64,000 nucleotides of DNA from positions 124,001 to 188,000 of the forward strand of contig NIVC01000127.1 in assembly GCA_002269645.1 (NCBI GenBank), written 5' to 3'. This document shows, in pieces, positions 12,265 to 25,300 of this stretch. The stretch's first letter is position 1, and each line of letters begins with the position of its first letter. The notes beneath the pieces are model-generated. The model worked only from the letters and a program-made list of their open reading frames with translations. It ran no database searches and was not told the DNA's origin. The position numbers and the translations under genes are program-made. The stretch comes from Macrostomum lignano (lineage: Eukaryota).

Positions 12265-12564
12265 CCCTGATGCTCATTAGGTTAATGAAAATAGCAGGAA
12301 CGTTATCCATAATTGCTCATATTAGCAAGTTTAAGCGCCATCTAAATGTCGAAAATCACGCACTTTAAATTCTGTTTCTAATGAAAGTGAAAAGACGCAA
12401 GTGAATTCAGAAAACGGATTTTTTGATTTTTTATTAGACTATTTTTGGATTAACTGTAGCGAACGGATAAGCATAGTAAACAATACTGTCTGAATTTTCC
12501 AGCAAATGCCAAGCTAAGGTATGTGCAGGTGTCAAAGAGTCAGAAGGCGAGGCTGAGAGGGTGC

Positions 12565-12745
12565 CAGTGGGGTAGAGGGCAGGGAAGGTGATTGTCGGTG
12601 GGTAGAGGGCATGGGGTTGTAGGTGTCAGTGGGGTAGAGGGTAGGGGGGATGGGTGTCGGTGGGTAGAGGGCAGGGGGTAGGTGGGTGTCGATTGGTAGA
12701 GGGCAGGGGGAGGTGGGTGTCGGTGGGTAGAGGGCCCGGATAGGT
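12565..12745. repeat. Degenerate G-rich repeat (GTCGGTGGGTAGAGGGCAGGGG-like) in the probable 3'UTR of the NHL gene
   Basis: GGTAGAGGG recurs about 6 times; the gene's sense strand is C-rich here. Confidence 0.7.
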
Positions 12746-12780
12746 GGGTATCGGAGGGAGAGGCTGGAATCCCGAGAAAC

Positions 12781-15700
12781 TTAATAATCACGCTGGCCGT
12801 TGGCCTCGACCCCGGCTGGCACCTGTGGCAGCTGTCGCTGGACTCGCTTGGGCCGCCGGCGGGGCTGCCCAACTCGATGTGCCTCAGTTTCCTTTGTCGC
12901 CGAATCATCCTGGCCCTCGAACAATGCGGCGGTCTCCTGACCGCATCCGCCTCCGCCGCCGCTGTCATTGTCCTCCAGCGACACGAACGGCTGCAGCAGG
13001 TCAGCCGAGTGGTGCAGCAGCAGCAGGTAGCCCCGGCCCTCCGGGTGCGGCTCCAGCACGGCTACGCACCGCCGGTGCGGCACGTAGGCGAGGCTGGCCG
13101 GGGCCCGCAGGCCGTCGTGCCGGTCCATCAGGCCGCACAGCCGGCCGCTCGGCAGCAGGAGGCCGACGCAGGCGCCAGCCGCCACCAGCACGTTCCCGTC
13201 GTGGTCGGCGGCGACTCCGGCCACTTCCGGTCGGGGCTCGCTGAGTAGCCGGAAGCCCTCGCTGGGACAGTTGCGCAGCGGCCGGCCGCCGAAGCTGAAG
13301 ATCTTCACCGAGGCGAAGTCGGCCACGACGATTCGACGATCGAGCGTCACCGCCACGGACTCCGGCCGCGTCAGCTGGGCGGGGCCGTCGCCCGGCTCGC
13401 CGAATTGACTGCGCAGGTTGCCATTGGCGAAGAGCACCACGATGCGGTGCCGAGCGCGATCGGACAGCACGAAGTAGTCGCTCTGGGTCACCGCCAGGCC
13501 TCTCGGCTCGAGCGGCTGGTGGCGCGGCTCGCCCGGCAGCAGCTTCAAGAAGTCGCCCTGCCTGTCGAACAGTTTTGCCAGATTCTGAACGGTGTCAGTC
13601 AGGGCGATGCAGCCGCTGCTGGTTATCGCGACGGCGAACGGCGCGTTCACGCTGTCCTCCTGCTGGCCGGGGCAGCCGAAGCACAGCTTCACGAGGCCGC
13701 GGTCGCTGACCACCACGATGCGGTGGTTGCCGGAGTCCGCCACCGCAAAGTCACCTGCGGGTTGGCGACGGGGACTTTGCTCCTTTAGAATGTCCTGCTC
13801 TGCTCTGCAATATCCTGTATCCTGCCCTGCTCTGCAATATCCTGTATCCTGCCCTGCTCTGCAATATCCTGCTCTGCTCCGCAATATCCTGCCCTGCTCT
13901 GCAATATCCTGACCTGCTCTGCAATATCCTGCCCTGCTCTGCAATATCCTGCCCTGCTCTGCAATATCCTGTATCCTGCCTTGCTCTGCAATATCCTGTA
14001 TCCTGCCCTGCTCTGCAATATCCTGCCCTGCTCTGCAATATCCTGCCCTGCTCTGCAATATCCTGCTCTGCTCCGCAATATCCTGCCCTGCTCTGCAATA
14101 TCCTGCCCTGCTCTGCAATATCCTGCCCTGCTCTGCAATATCCTGTATCCTGCCCTGCTCTGCAATATCCTGCCCTGCTCTGCAATATCCTGCTCTGCTC
14201 CGCAATATCCTGCCCTGCTCTGCAATATCCTGCTCTGCTCTGCAATATCCTGCCCTGCTCTGCAATATCCTGAACTGCTCTGCAATATCCTGAACTGCTC
14301 TGCAATATCCTGAACTGCTCTGCAATATCCTGCCCTGCTCTGCAATATCCTGCTCTGCTCTGCAATATCCTGCCCTGCTCTGCAATATCCTGCCCTGCTC
14401 TGCAATATCCTGCCCTGCTCTGCAATATCCTGCTCTGCTCCGCAATATCCTGCGCTGCTCCGCAATATCCTGCTCTGCTCCGCAATATCCTGCCCTGCTC
14501 TGCAAGGTGCTCTGCTCTGCAATATCCTGCCCTGCTCTGCAATATCCTGAACTGCTCTGCAATATCCTGAACTTCTCTGCAATATCCTGTTCTTTTCTGC
14601 AATATCCTGCTCTTCTCTGCAATATCCTGAACTGCTCTGCAATATCCTGAACTGCTCTGCAATATCCTGCTCTGCTCTGCAATATCCTGCTCTGCTCTGC
14701 AATATCATGCTCTGCTCTGCAATATCCTGCTCTGTTTTGCAATATCCTGCTCTGCTCTGCAATATCCTGCCCTGCTCTGCAATATCCTGAACTGCTCTGC
14801 AATATCCTGCCCTACTCTGCAATATCCTGAACTGCTCTGCAATATCCTGAACTTCTCTGCAATATCCTGAACTGCTCTGCAATATCCTGCCCTGCTCTGC
14901 AATATCCTGCCCTGCTCTGCAATATCCTAAACTGCTCCGCAATATCCTAAACTGCTCCGCAATATCCTAAACTGCTCTGCAATATCCTGAACTGCTCTGC
15001 AATATCCTAAACTGCTCTGCAATATCCTGAACTGCTCTGCAATATCCTAAACTGCTCTGCAATATCTTGAACTGCTCTGCAATATCCTGAACTGCTCTGC
15101 AATATCATGCTCTGCTCTGCAATATCCTGCTCTGCTCTGCAATATCCTGCTCTGCTCTGCAATATCATGCTCTGCTCTGCAATATCATGCTCTGTTTTGC
15201 AATATCCTGCTCTGCTCTGCAATATCCTGCTCTGTTTTGCAATATCCTGCTCTGCTCTGCAATATCCTGCTCTGCTCTGCAATATCATGCTCTGCTCTGC
15301 AATATCCTGCTCTGTTTTGCAATATCCTGCTCTGCTCTGCAATATCCTGCTCTGTTTTGCAATATCCTGCTCTGCTCTGCAATATCCTGCTCTGCTCTGC
15401 AATATCCTGCTCTGCTCTGCAATATCCTGCCCTACTCTGCAATATCCCGAACTGCTCTGCAATATCCTGAACTTCTCTGCAATATCCTGAACTGCTCTGC
15501 AATATCCTGCCCTGCTCTGCAATATCATGCTCTGCTCTGCAATATCCTTAACTGCTCTGCAATATCCTGAACTGCTCTGCAATATCATGCTCTGCTCTGC
15601 AATATCATGCTCTGCTCTGCAATATCCTGAACTGCTCTGCAATATCCTGAACTGCTCCGCAATATCCTAAACTGCTCTGCAATATCCTGAACTGCTCTGC

Positions 15701-16466
15701 AATATCCTAAACTGCTCTGCAATATCCTGAACTGCTCTGCAATATCCTAAACTGCTCTGCAATATCCTGAACTGCTCTGCAATATCCTGCCCTGCTCTGC
15801 AATATCCTGAACTGCTCTGCAACATCCTACTCTGCTCTGCAATATCCTGCTCTGCTCTGCAATATCCTGAACTGCTCTGCAACATCCTACTCTGCTCTGC
15901 AATATCCTGAACTGCTCTGCAACATCCTACTCTGCTCTGCAATATCCTGAACTGCTCTGCAATATCCTGCTCCCGCCCTCACCTCCAAGCGTGACCGCCA
16001 GGCCGCGCGGCTGCCTAAGCGCGTTGCGCCCGGTCGGCGCGATTCGCACGAGCAGCCCGGCGCCGCCAACAGCCGGTAGCGGCGGCTCCGGCGGCTGCGG
16101 CTGCGACCGCTGCTGACCGACCGAGGCCGCCGCCCCAGCCAGGCGCCCGATCACCCATTTCGTCTTGCCGGCGAAGGCTTCGGCAAAGCCGCCCAAAGTC
16201 TGGCGCATCGACTCCATGGTGCTGGCCAGTGCTGACCCCTCGGCCGGCTGACTTTCGGCGTCCTCGGCTGGCCGGCCGGACAGCAGGCAGCCCTGAAGGA
16301 GGCACCAGCCGCGACTGGCTTGGCCGAGGCAGCTGCCGTCGGCTGCTGGCAGTTGATGGGGCATGACAGGAAACTCGATAATACTGCAGCTTGCTTGAGG
16401 CTCTCTCTCTCTCTCTGAGACATCTTCAATGCTTACTGGTGTTGCATCGGGTTCTCTCTCTCCCAT
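12781..16466 (-). CDS. NHL-repeat (beta-propeller) protein. Exons 15983-16466 and 12781-13754
   Basis: Repeated NHL motifs: LRQPRGLAV, FAVADSGNHRIVV, NAPFAVAI, LEPRGLAV, LTRPESVAV..IVVAD. Donor GTGAGG (15982) and acceptor CGCAG (13755) are both phase 1 and join LAVTLG/GDFAVAD. The start codon (16466 or a downstream Met) is uncertain. Confidence 0.85.
13790..15970. repeat. About 20-bp minisatellite (CTCTGCAATATCCTG + CCCTG/CTCTG/AACTG), about 105-110 units, filling the NHL intron
   Basis: Direct periodicity; it explains the QDIAEQ/YCRA/SRIL ORFs. Confidence 0.97.
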
Positions 16467-17069
16467 CCGCCCCTCTGTCTCAAATGGAGGAGATTAATTC
16501 CCCCCCCCCTTGAGCTCAGCACTTGCGTCCGGCAGAGAAAGAGCTGCGCGTGATTGGCAAGTCTAATAATAGGCCGCCATTATACAGGGGGGCTGGCATG
16601 GAGCGCGCTGATCGAATGCAAAGTCCAATTCTAAAAGGGAGTGTCGAGCTGGGGATAACTGCCCTGCCCGCTCGGAGAAAAGGGGGATTTGCAGAAAGCC
16701 GAGACGCCACGGGACAGAGCAGCCCACCCCAAAGCTACATGTAGTGTCTGCGGGGCTCAACAACAAGGAATTTAAATAAAGGCCGGCTTAGCGGGGGTGG
16801 CGCAGGCATAGATGGCTGGCAGCTGACACACAACACCAGCTCGGGGTGCTCAATTGGCCCGCACAATTTAGGCTGACCGGTCGGCGCTTATGGCTACCGC
16901 ATTCTGCTTGTATCGATCTAATTGAGATTCTCGATATGCTTACGTTTGCTGCAGAATTAGATTGCGATTCGCTCAGCACGCCTGAATAATAGTAGGCTGA
17001 CTGCGCATTGCACACTAAATTTTATATACTGGAACAAAAACCTAAAAATATTACCTGGATAGTTGGTGG

Positions 17070-18422
17070 ATTGCTAATCTAGCCAATATGGATTGCTAGC
17101 CAATATGGATTGCTAATCTAACCAATATGGATTGCTAATCTAACCAATATGGATTGCTAATCTAACCAATATGGATTGCTAATCTAACCAATATGGATTG
17201 CTAATCTAACCAATATGGATTGCTAATCTAACCAATATGGATTGCTAATCTAACCAATATGGATTACTAATCTAACCAATATGGATTGCTAATCTAACCA
17301 ATATGGATTGCTAATCTAACCAATATGGATTGCTAATCTAACCAATATGGATTGCTAAGCTAGCCAATATGGATTGCTAATCCAGTGAATATGGATTGCT
17401 AATCTAGCCAATATGGATTGCTAGCCAATATGGATTGCTAATCTAGCCAATACTCTCTCTAATCTAGCCAATACTCTCTCTAATCTAGCCAATACTCTCT
17501 CTAATCTAGACAATACTCTCTCTAATCTAGCCAATACTCTCTCTAATCTAGACAATACTCTCTCTAATCTAGACAATACTCTCTCTAATCTAGCCAATAC
17601 TCTCTCTAATCTAGCCAATACTCTCTCTAATCTAGACAATACTCTCTCTAATCTAGCCAATACTCTCTCTAATCTAGCCAATACTCTCTCTAATCTAGCC
17701 AATTGGGGATTGCTAATCTAGCCAATTATGGATTGCTAATCTAGCAAATTGTGGATTGCTAATCTAGCCAATTGGGGATTGCTAATCTAGCCAATTATGG
17801 ATTGCTAATCTAGCAAATTGTGGATTGCTAATCTAGCCAATATGGATTGCTAATCCAGCCAATTGTGGATTGCTAATCTAGCCAATATGGATTGCTAATC
17901 CAGCCAATTGTGGATTGCTAATCTCGCCAATTATTGATTGCTAATCTAGCAAATTGTGGATTGCTAATCTAGCCAATTGGGGATTGCTAATCTAGCCAAT
18001 TATGGATTGCTAATCTAGCCAATTATGGATTGCTAATCTAGCCAATTGTGGATTGCTAATCTAGCCAATTGGGGATTGCTAATCTAGCCAATTATGGATT
18101 GCTAATCTAGCAAATTGTGGATTGCTAATCTAGCCAATTGGGGATTGCTAATCTAGCCAATTATGGATTGCTAATCTAGCAAATTGTGGATTGCTAATCT
18201 AGCCAATATGGATTGCTAATCCAGCCAATTGTGGATTGCTAATCTAGCCAATATGGATTGCTAATCCAGCCAATTGTGGATTGCTAATCTAGCCAATTGT
18301 GGATTGCTAATCTAGCCAATTGTGGATTGCTAATCTAGCCAATTGTGGATTGCTAATCCAGCCAATTGTGGATTGCTAATCTAGCCAATTGTGGATTGCT
18401 AATCTAGCCAATTGTGGATTGC
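17070..18422. repeat. Compound 21-23-bp minisatellite (GGATTGCTAATCTAGCCAAT...) with three sub-arrays
   Basis: 22-bp units at about 17085-17440, 21-bp CTCTCT variant at about 17445-17700, and 23-bp variant at about 17700-18422. Confidence 0.95.
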
Positions 18423-18934
18423 AACGCCAGGCAGCAAGGATGAGACAATAGACTGCCTTTCTGATATATTTCATCACGTAGACTAATATTCAATTATAAA
18501 AAAGGTACATATAGCACGTAACAATGATTAAGTTGTAAAGTGAACAAAGACTTACGCTAGATTTTAAAATTTTCGAAGTCACCAAGTGTGATTAGAAGAA
18601 ACAAAGAGTGATTAGCTGAACGTCAGAAAGTAAGTTCCAAGATGTATTCACCGAGCTGGATAAAATTATGAGGCAGAAATTTGAAATGCTGTTGGAAGAT
18701 AATAAAAAACTTCTAAATAGACAGAAAGCCACAATCTAAGACTGCTCGGTGCAACCAACACGAATCACGAAACAGAGATTAAAAGTGCTCAGGACCGATC
18801 TCTCACCATCCAACAGCCAGTCCGGGTGACTTGGGGTTGCTCAGTGAGGACACTCGACCGCTCCTTGCTCGGCTTTGGTTGGAGCAGGACTCAAAGCTGA
18901 ACTCGCAACTGCATATTATATATTGTATATATTC

Positions 18935-19700
18935 ATGCTAACTGATTGATGTGTGAAGTTTGATGCTAACTGATTGATGTGTGATTTGATGCTACCTGAT
19001 TGATGTGTGAAGTTTGATGCTAACTGATTGATGTGTGATTTGATGCTACCTGATTGATGTGTGAAGTTTGATGCTAACTGATTGATGTGTGATTTGATGC
19101 TACCTGATTGATGTGTGTGATTTGATGCTAACTGATTGATGTGTGATTTGATGCTAACTGATTGATGTGTGTGATTTGATGCTAACTGATTGATGTGTGA
19201 TTTGATGCTAACTGATTGATGTGTGATTTGATGCTACCTGATTGATGTGTGTGATTTGATGCTAACTGATTGATGTGTGATTTGATGCTAACTGATTGAT
19301 GTGTGTGTTTTGATGCTAACTGATTGATGTGTGTTTTGATGCTACCTGATTGATGTGTGTGATTTGATGCTAACTGATTGATGTGTGTGATTTGATGCTA
19401 ACTGATTGATGTGTGTGATTTGATGCTAACTGATTGATGTGTGTGATTTGATGCTAACTGATTGATGTGTGTGATTAGATGCTAACTGATTGATGTGTGT
19501 GATTTGATGCTAACTGATTGATGTGTGTGATTTGATGCTAACTGATTGATGTGTGTGATTTGATGCTAACTGATTGATGTGTGTGATTTGATGCTAACTG
19601 ATTGATGTGTGATTTGATGCTAACTGATTGATGTGTGGGATTTGATGCTAACTGATTGATGTGTGGGATTTGATGCTAACTGATTGATGCGTGTGATTTA
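18935..19700. repeat. 25-27-bp minisatellite (TGATGCTAACTGATTGATGTGTGATT)
   Basis: Direct periodicity with TG indels. Confidence 0.95.
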
Positions 19701-20360
19701 ATTATTATGTGTTATTTGATGGTAGTCTGGTTGGGAATGCCAACTTTAATAAACAGATTATAAACTGCAGTTGCACACTGAGATTTCGAGCTGGAGAACT
19801 GCTAGCCATGCAACTGCTCTGCCTCCGCCTTCTGCCGCTATAAAATCAAATTTCAGACATGAAACGGATGGATTATGGTTGAGTAAGCCATCAAAGGTGC
19901 TTTCAAATCAACTGGATCAGAGTGAAAACACAGGAAAGTAATTTCAGACCAGCATCCGGAATGCATGGCAGCCATGCCTCATAACGAAGGGTTCAAGCTT
20001 AACGAGCGAAAATATTCTGAAAAATTGCTCCGGGACAAAAAACTACTCAGAAATCGATGGTGGAAAATTCTTTCTCTGTGGGACTTGGCAGCCTCCGGAA
20101 AGAAAATTTTAGCCTTAGCAACTACTGGCGGACTCATTATCCGTTTTGCCATTTCATTTCCCAATTCCAGTCGATCTCCCATTCCCGTTTTCTTTTCCCC
20201 AATTGCTTGCCTTGGTGACCCGGGCAAAAGCCATTTTGCTGGATCGATGAGGATTAATACAGTTTCCCTGATCCCTGCCAGCTCATGGGAGCTCAGCTCA
20301 CACTTTCCAACCGGGGGGTTTCTCGAAGTGCAAAATTTCCCTTAGATCCTATTACCGGGT

Positions 20361-21080
20361 TCTGACAGCACCGGTTAGCGATACCTAATTAACCTGACAG
20401 CACCGGTTAGCGGTACCTCATTAACCTGACAGTACCGGTTACCGATACCTCATTAACCTGACAGCACCGGTTAGCGATACCTCATTAACCTGACAGCACC
20501 GGTTAGCGATACCTCATTAACCTGACAGCACCGGTTAGCGATGCCTAATTAATTAACCTGACAGTACCGGTTAGCGATACCTCATTAACCTGACAGCACC
20601 GGTTAGCGATACCTCATTAACCTGACAGCACCGGTTAGCGATACCTCATTAACCTGACAGCACCGGTTAGCGATACCTCATTAACCTGACAGCACCGGTT
20701 AGCGATGCCTAATTAATTAACCTGACAGTACCGGTTAGCGATACCTCATTAACCTGACAGCACCGGTTAGCGATACCTCATTAACCTGACAGCACCGGTT
20801 AGCGATACCTCATTAACCTGACAGCACCGGTTAGCGATACCTCATTAACCTGACAGCACCGGTTAGCGATACCTCATTAACCTGACAGCACCGGTTAGCG
20901 ATGCCTAATTAATTAACCTGACAGCACCGGTTAGCGATACCTAAATAACCTGACAGCACCGGTTAGCGATACCTCATTAACCTGACAGCACCGGTTAGCG
21001 ATACCTCATTAACCTGACAGCACCGGTTAGCGATACCTCATTAACCTGACAGCACCGGTTAGCGATACCTCATTAACCCG
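20361..21080. repeat. 32-bp minisatellite (AACCTGACAGCACCGGTTAGCGATACCTCATT), about 22 copies, with occasional 36-bp variants
   Basis: Direct periodicity. Confidence 0.95.
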
Positions 21081-21686
21081 ACTACTAAAAAAGTGAATTC
21101 GGTGAATAGAAATACAATCACAGTCTAAATTAGTTTTAAAGTGCAAATAACAAAAAATATAAACAAACTTCCTTCTCGTGCTCTATTTTAAGTCAACTCC
21201 AAAACATTGATGCGATTTTAGCAGTGGACGGATTCTAGTTGCATTTAAATCTATTTGATAGAAAGCGACACAAGCATTGGTAATTCAAGCAGGACAATAA
21301 CAGGGACTCTGGATTCATAACCCAGACCACAACCAGACCCAGAGGTCCCTGATCAACGCAATAAAAACGGCCACAACATACAACAATAATAAGACAAAAA
21401 TAGGTGAAAGGCTTGCAAAATACTACTATTAGTACTCTGACCCATATGCAGTTAGCCAATCTAGTCCTGTTAAAGTTTAAAGTGCGCAAAAGCATTTAAC
21501 ATCTGACAATGTAAGCACTGGCCGGGAACTACAAGCGTACGTGTGCACGCCCGAAATAATGTATGTCATGCACACGAGCGTGTATACACCGTAAATAATG
21601 TTAAACGTTTATAATGCACAGAATGTACAATTCATAATGTACATGAAGCACGACACATACCATGTCTAGATACGATGTACATCATG

Positions 21687-21934
21687 TAATGGGCAGATGT
21701 GCAACCGACAGCTCAGTCGCAGCTATTGCGCGGCGCATCTGAAGGCTGCGTACGGCTGTTCAGTCCAAGGACTGGGGGGGGGGGGGGGGTCGCCACACAC
21801 ACCCTCAATTACCCCCATCTAGCAATGCAGAGTTGTGTCTTGCTTAAGGACACAAATTGTTCCGAGTGGGATCGAGAATCGAACCCCCGACCTTCAAGTC
21901 GTGAGTCCGACGCTCTGATCACTAGGCTACAACC
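21687..21934 (-). mobile_element. tRNA-derived CORE-like SINE, copy 2 (A and B boxes intact, part of the core deleted)
   Basis: The reverse complement reads GGTTGTAGCCTAGTGATCAGAGCGTCGGACTCACGACTTGAAGGTCGGGGGTTCGATTC (A-box, B-box GGTTCGATTC), then TGTGTCCTTAAGCAAGACAC (CORE-like), then a 3' part shared with 9543-9766. Confidence 0.85.
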
Positions 21935-21954
21935 CCCTATCAACTGTAGATTCT

Positions 21955-22333
21955 ATCATGTACTCAGTAGAATGTACATCATGTACTCAGTAGAATGTAC
22001 ATCATGTACTCAGTAGAATGTACATCATGTACTCAGTAGAATGTACATCATGTACTCAGTAGAATGTACATCATGTACTCAGTAGAATGTACATCATGTA
22101 CTCAGTAGAATGTACATCATGTACTCAGTAGAATGTACATCATGTACTCAGTAGAATGTACATCATGTACTCAGTAGAATGTACATCATGTACTCAGTAG
22201 AATGTACATCATGTACTCAGTAGAATGTACATCATGTACTCAGTAGAATGTACATCATGTACTCAGTAGAATGTACATCATGTACTCAGTAGAATGTACA
22301 TCATGTACTCAGTAGAATGTACATCATGTACTC
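21955..22333. repeat. 23-bp minisatellite (GTACTCAGTAGAATGTACATCAT), about 16 copies, immediately downstream of the CYB5R4 stop
   Basis: Period 23 (21960, 21983 and onward). Confidence 0.95.
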
Positions 22334-22368
22334 GGTGAAATGTAGATACACGCAGTGTGCACACAATA

Positions 22369-25300
22369 TCAGCCCTCAAACATAAACAGCCGATCAGCGC
22401 TAAGCGGACAGTTAGCATCGGCAGCAGCAGCAGCGGCCAGAGCGTCGCCAACGCTTGCCAAGAAGCCGTCGGGTCCGCAGGCGGCGGTGAACACCCGCTC
22501 GGCTGACAGGCCGGCCAGCGGCTCCCAGCTGGCGCAGGCGTTGGCCAGAGCCGGGCCGGACACGCGGCCGGTGAGGCCTGGCCAGCCGCTGGCGGGGTCA
22601 ACTCGGGTCAGTGAGTGCCGGCAAGCCAGTCTGCCAGGGTATCGGGCGGTCAGGCGGTCCCAGTAGCTGCGCAGGATGATGTCGCTCTCGGTTCGGTTGT
22701 AGTACACCAGCAGCACTCGCCTGTAGGGTTTGGCGAAGCGTGTATCATGTACATCAGAATGTGCTCCATGACTGCCGACACAAACCCAAACCCAAAACCA
22801 AACCCAAACCCAAAACCAAACCCAAACCCAAAACCAAACCCAAACCCTAAGCCAAACCCAAACCCAAACCCTAAACCAAACCCAAACCCAAACCCTAATC
22901 CAAACCCTAAACCAAACCCTAAGCCAAATCCAAACCCTAAGCCAAACCCAAACCCAAACCCTAAACCAAACCCAAACCCAAACCCTAATCCAAACCCTAA
23001 ACCAAACCCTAAGCCAAATCCAAACCCTAAACCAAACCTAAACCAAACCCAAACCCAAAATCAAACCCAAACCCTAAACCAAATGCAAACCCTAAGCCAA
23101 ACCAAAACCCAAATTTTCGGCAATCAAATGACCGGAAATCATGTAGGTACAGATATATTGTAACAAACCAGTACATGACCGGTACATGTTACACTGTGGT
23201 TGCGAAACCTGAGCTAACAGATTCGAGTCTATGACCTTATCTAGTAAAAACTGAGAGGTTAATGGCACACTCACTTGTCAGAGTCCAGGTCTAGGAAAGC
23301 CAAGGTCAGGTTCACCATCGGGGTGACGCCTGTGCCGGCTGCGATCAGCACAAGGCAGTCATAGTGCATCACGCTGTCGAATGAGAATTTACCGTCTGGC
23401 AAGGACACCTGGATGGTGTCACCTGGCGTGTGCGAGTTACATCGGGGGCGGCAAGTGAGACATGCTGGCCATTGCTGGGTCATAGAGTGCGATAGACAGA
23501 CAGTCCGAGATAGACAGGGTGAGACAGACAGACAGGGCGAGAGACAGGGTGAGACAGACAGACAGGGCGAGAGAGACAGAGTGAGACAGACAGACAGGGT
23601 GAGACAGACAGACAGACAGGGCGAGAGAGACAGGGTGGGACAGACAGACACACAGCGAGACAGACAGGGCGAGACAGACAGACAGACAGACAGACGGGAG
23701 AGAGAGAGGTGAGACAGACAGACAGGGTGAGACAGACAGACAGACAGGGCGAGAGAGACAGACAGACAGGGTGAGACAGACAGACAGACAGGGTGAGACA
23801 GACAGACAGACAGACAGGGCGAGAGAGACAGACACACAGCGAGACAGACAGGGCGAGACAGACAGAGTGAGACAGACAGACAGACACGGCGAGAGAGACA
23901 GGGTGGGACAGACAGACACACAGCGAGACAGACAGGGCGAGACAGACAGACAGAGTGAGACAGACAGACAGACAGACGGGCGAGAGAGAGGGTGAGACAG
24001 ACAGACAGGGCGAGACAGACAGACAGACAGGGCGAGAGAGATAGGGTGGGACAGACAGACACACAGGGAGACAGACAGGGCGAGACAGACAGACAGGGCG
24101 AGACAGACAGACAGACAGGGCGAGAGAGACAGGGTGGGACAGACAGACACACAGGGAGACAGACAGGGCGAGACAGACAGACAGAGTGAGACAGACAGAC
24201 AGACAGACGGGCGAGAGAGAGGGTGAGACAGACAGACAGGGCGAGACAGACAGACAGGGCGAGACAGACAGACAGGCAGACGGGGCGAGAGAGACAGGGT
24301 GAGACAGACAGACACACAGGGAGACAGACAGGGCGAGACAGACAGACAGAGTGAGACAGACAGACAGACAGACGGGCGAGAGAGAGGGTGAGACAGACAG
24401 ACAGGGCGAGACAGACAGACAGGGCGAGACAGACAGACAGACAGGGCGAGAGAGATAGGGTGGGACAGACAGACACACAGGGAGACAGACAGGGCGAGAC
24501 AGACAGACAGACAGGGCGAGAGAGACAGGGTGGGACAGACAGACACACAGGGAGACAGACAGGGCGAGACAGACAGACAGGCAGACGGGGCGAGAGAGAC
24601 AGGGTGAGACAGACAGACACACAGGGAGACAGACAGGGCGAGACAGACAGACAGAGGCGCTCACCCGGCAGCCGCCTGCGCAGCCAGTCGGTAAAGGCGC
24701 CGCCCTCGTAAAATTTGATGACCAGCGCCAGCTCAGCGGTAGCCTTCGGTTGCCAAACCTCCTGCAGACCATCGACCGCTTCGTCGTTGCCCATAGCAAC
24801 CGGGGTGTAGGCTCGCCTGACAGCCATCTCGCCGTCGCCCTCGCCCTCCTCAACCGGCGTGGTCTCGCAGTAGACGTGCCAGCCAATGGGAGTTCGGACA
24901 GCCGAACCGGCCGGCAGGCTCAACCTGAACAGCCGGGTGTCCGGAGTCAGCTGACTCCAACCGGACAGAGTGGCCGGGAAAAGTCGAACAGGCGGAGGGG
25001 CCGAGCCAAGCCCGTACAGCTGGTCGATGTCGACGGGGCCAATCACCGGGGCGCGCTGGTCGGAGCTCCGCTTGCCGAGCCGGAGGGTGGCGGCGGTGGA
25101 GCCGTCAATTTGGCAGCGAGCGTCGGCCAGGAGCAGGGCGGCGTGGGGCTGGCAGCAGCGGAACTCGTAGTAGCCGACCGCTGCGCCGTCCTCCGAGTCC
25201 AGCTCAGCTCGACAGTAGAGGCCGCCGCTAGTGACGATGGCGAAACTTCGACAGGGCCAGGGGAACGCGAAATTAATGATAAACTCGTCGCCTGCGTCGC

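Noticed and set aside
19965-20345. 126-aa and 82-aa ORFs between arrays; also 41707-42042, 11521-11995, 4244-4591 and the coiled-coil-like fragment at about 18635-18740
   Set aside because: No recognisable motifs and no consistent splice-site framework.
21860-21934. Possible tRNA gene on the minus strand
   Set aside because: A and B boxes are present, but I could not form a convincing acceptor stem, and the sequence continues into a body shared with the copy at 9543. It is a SINE head.
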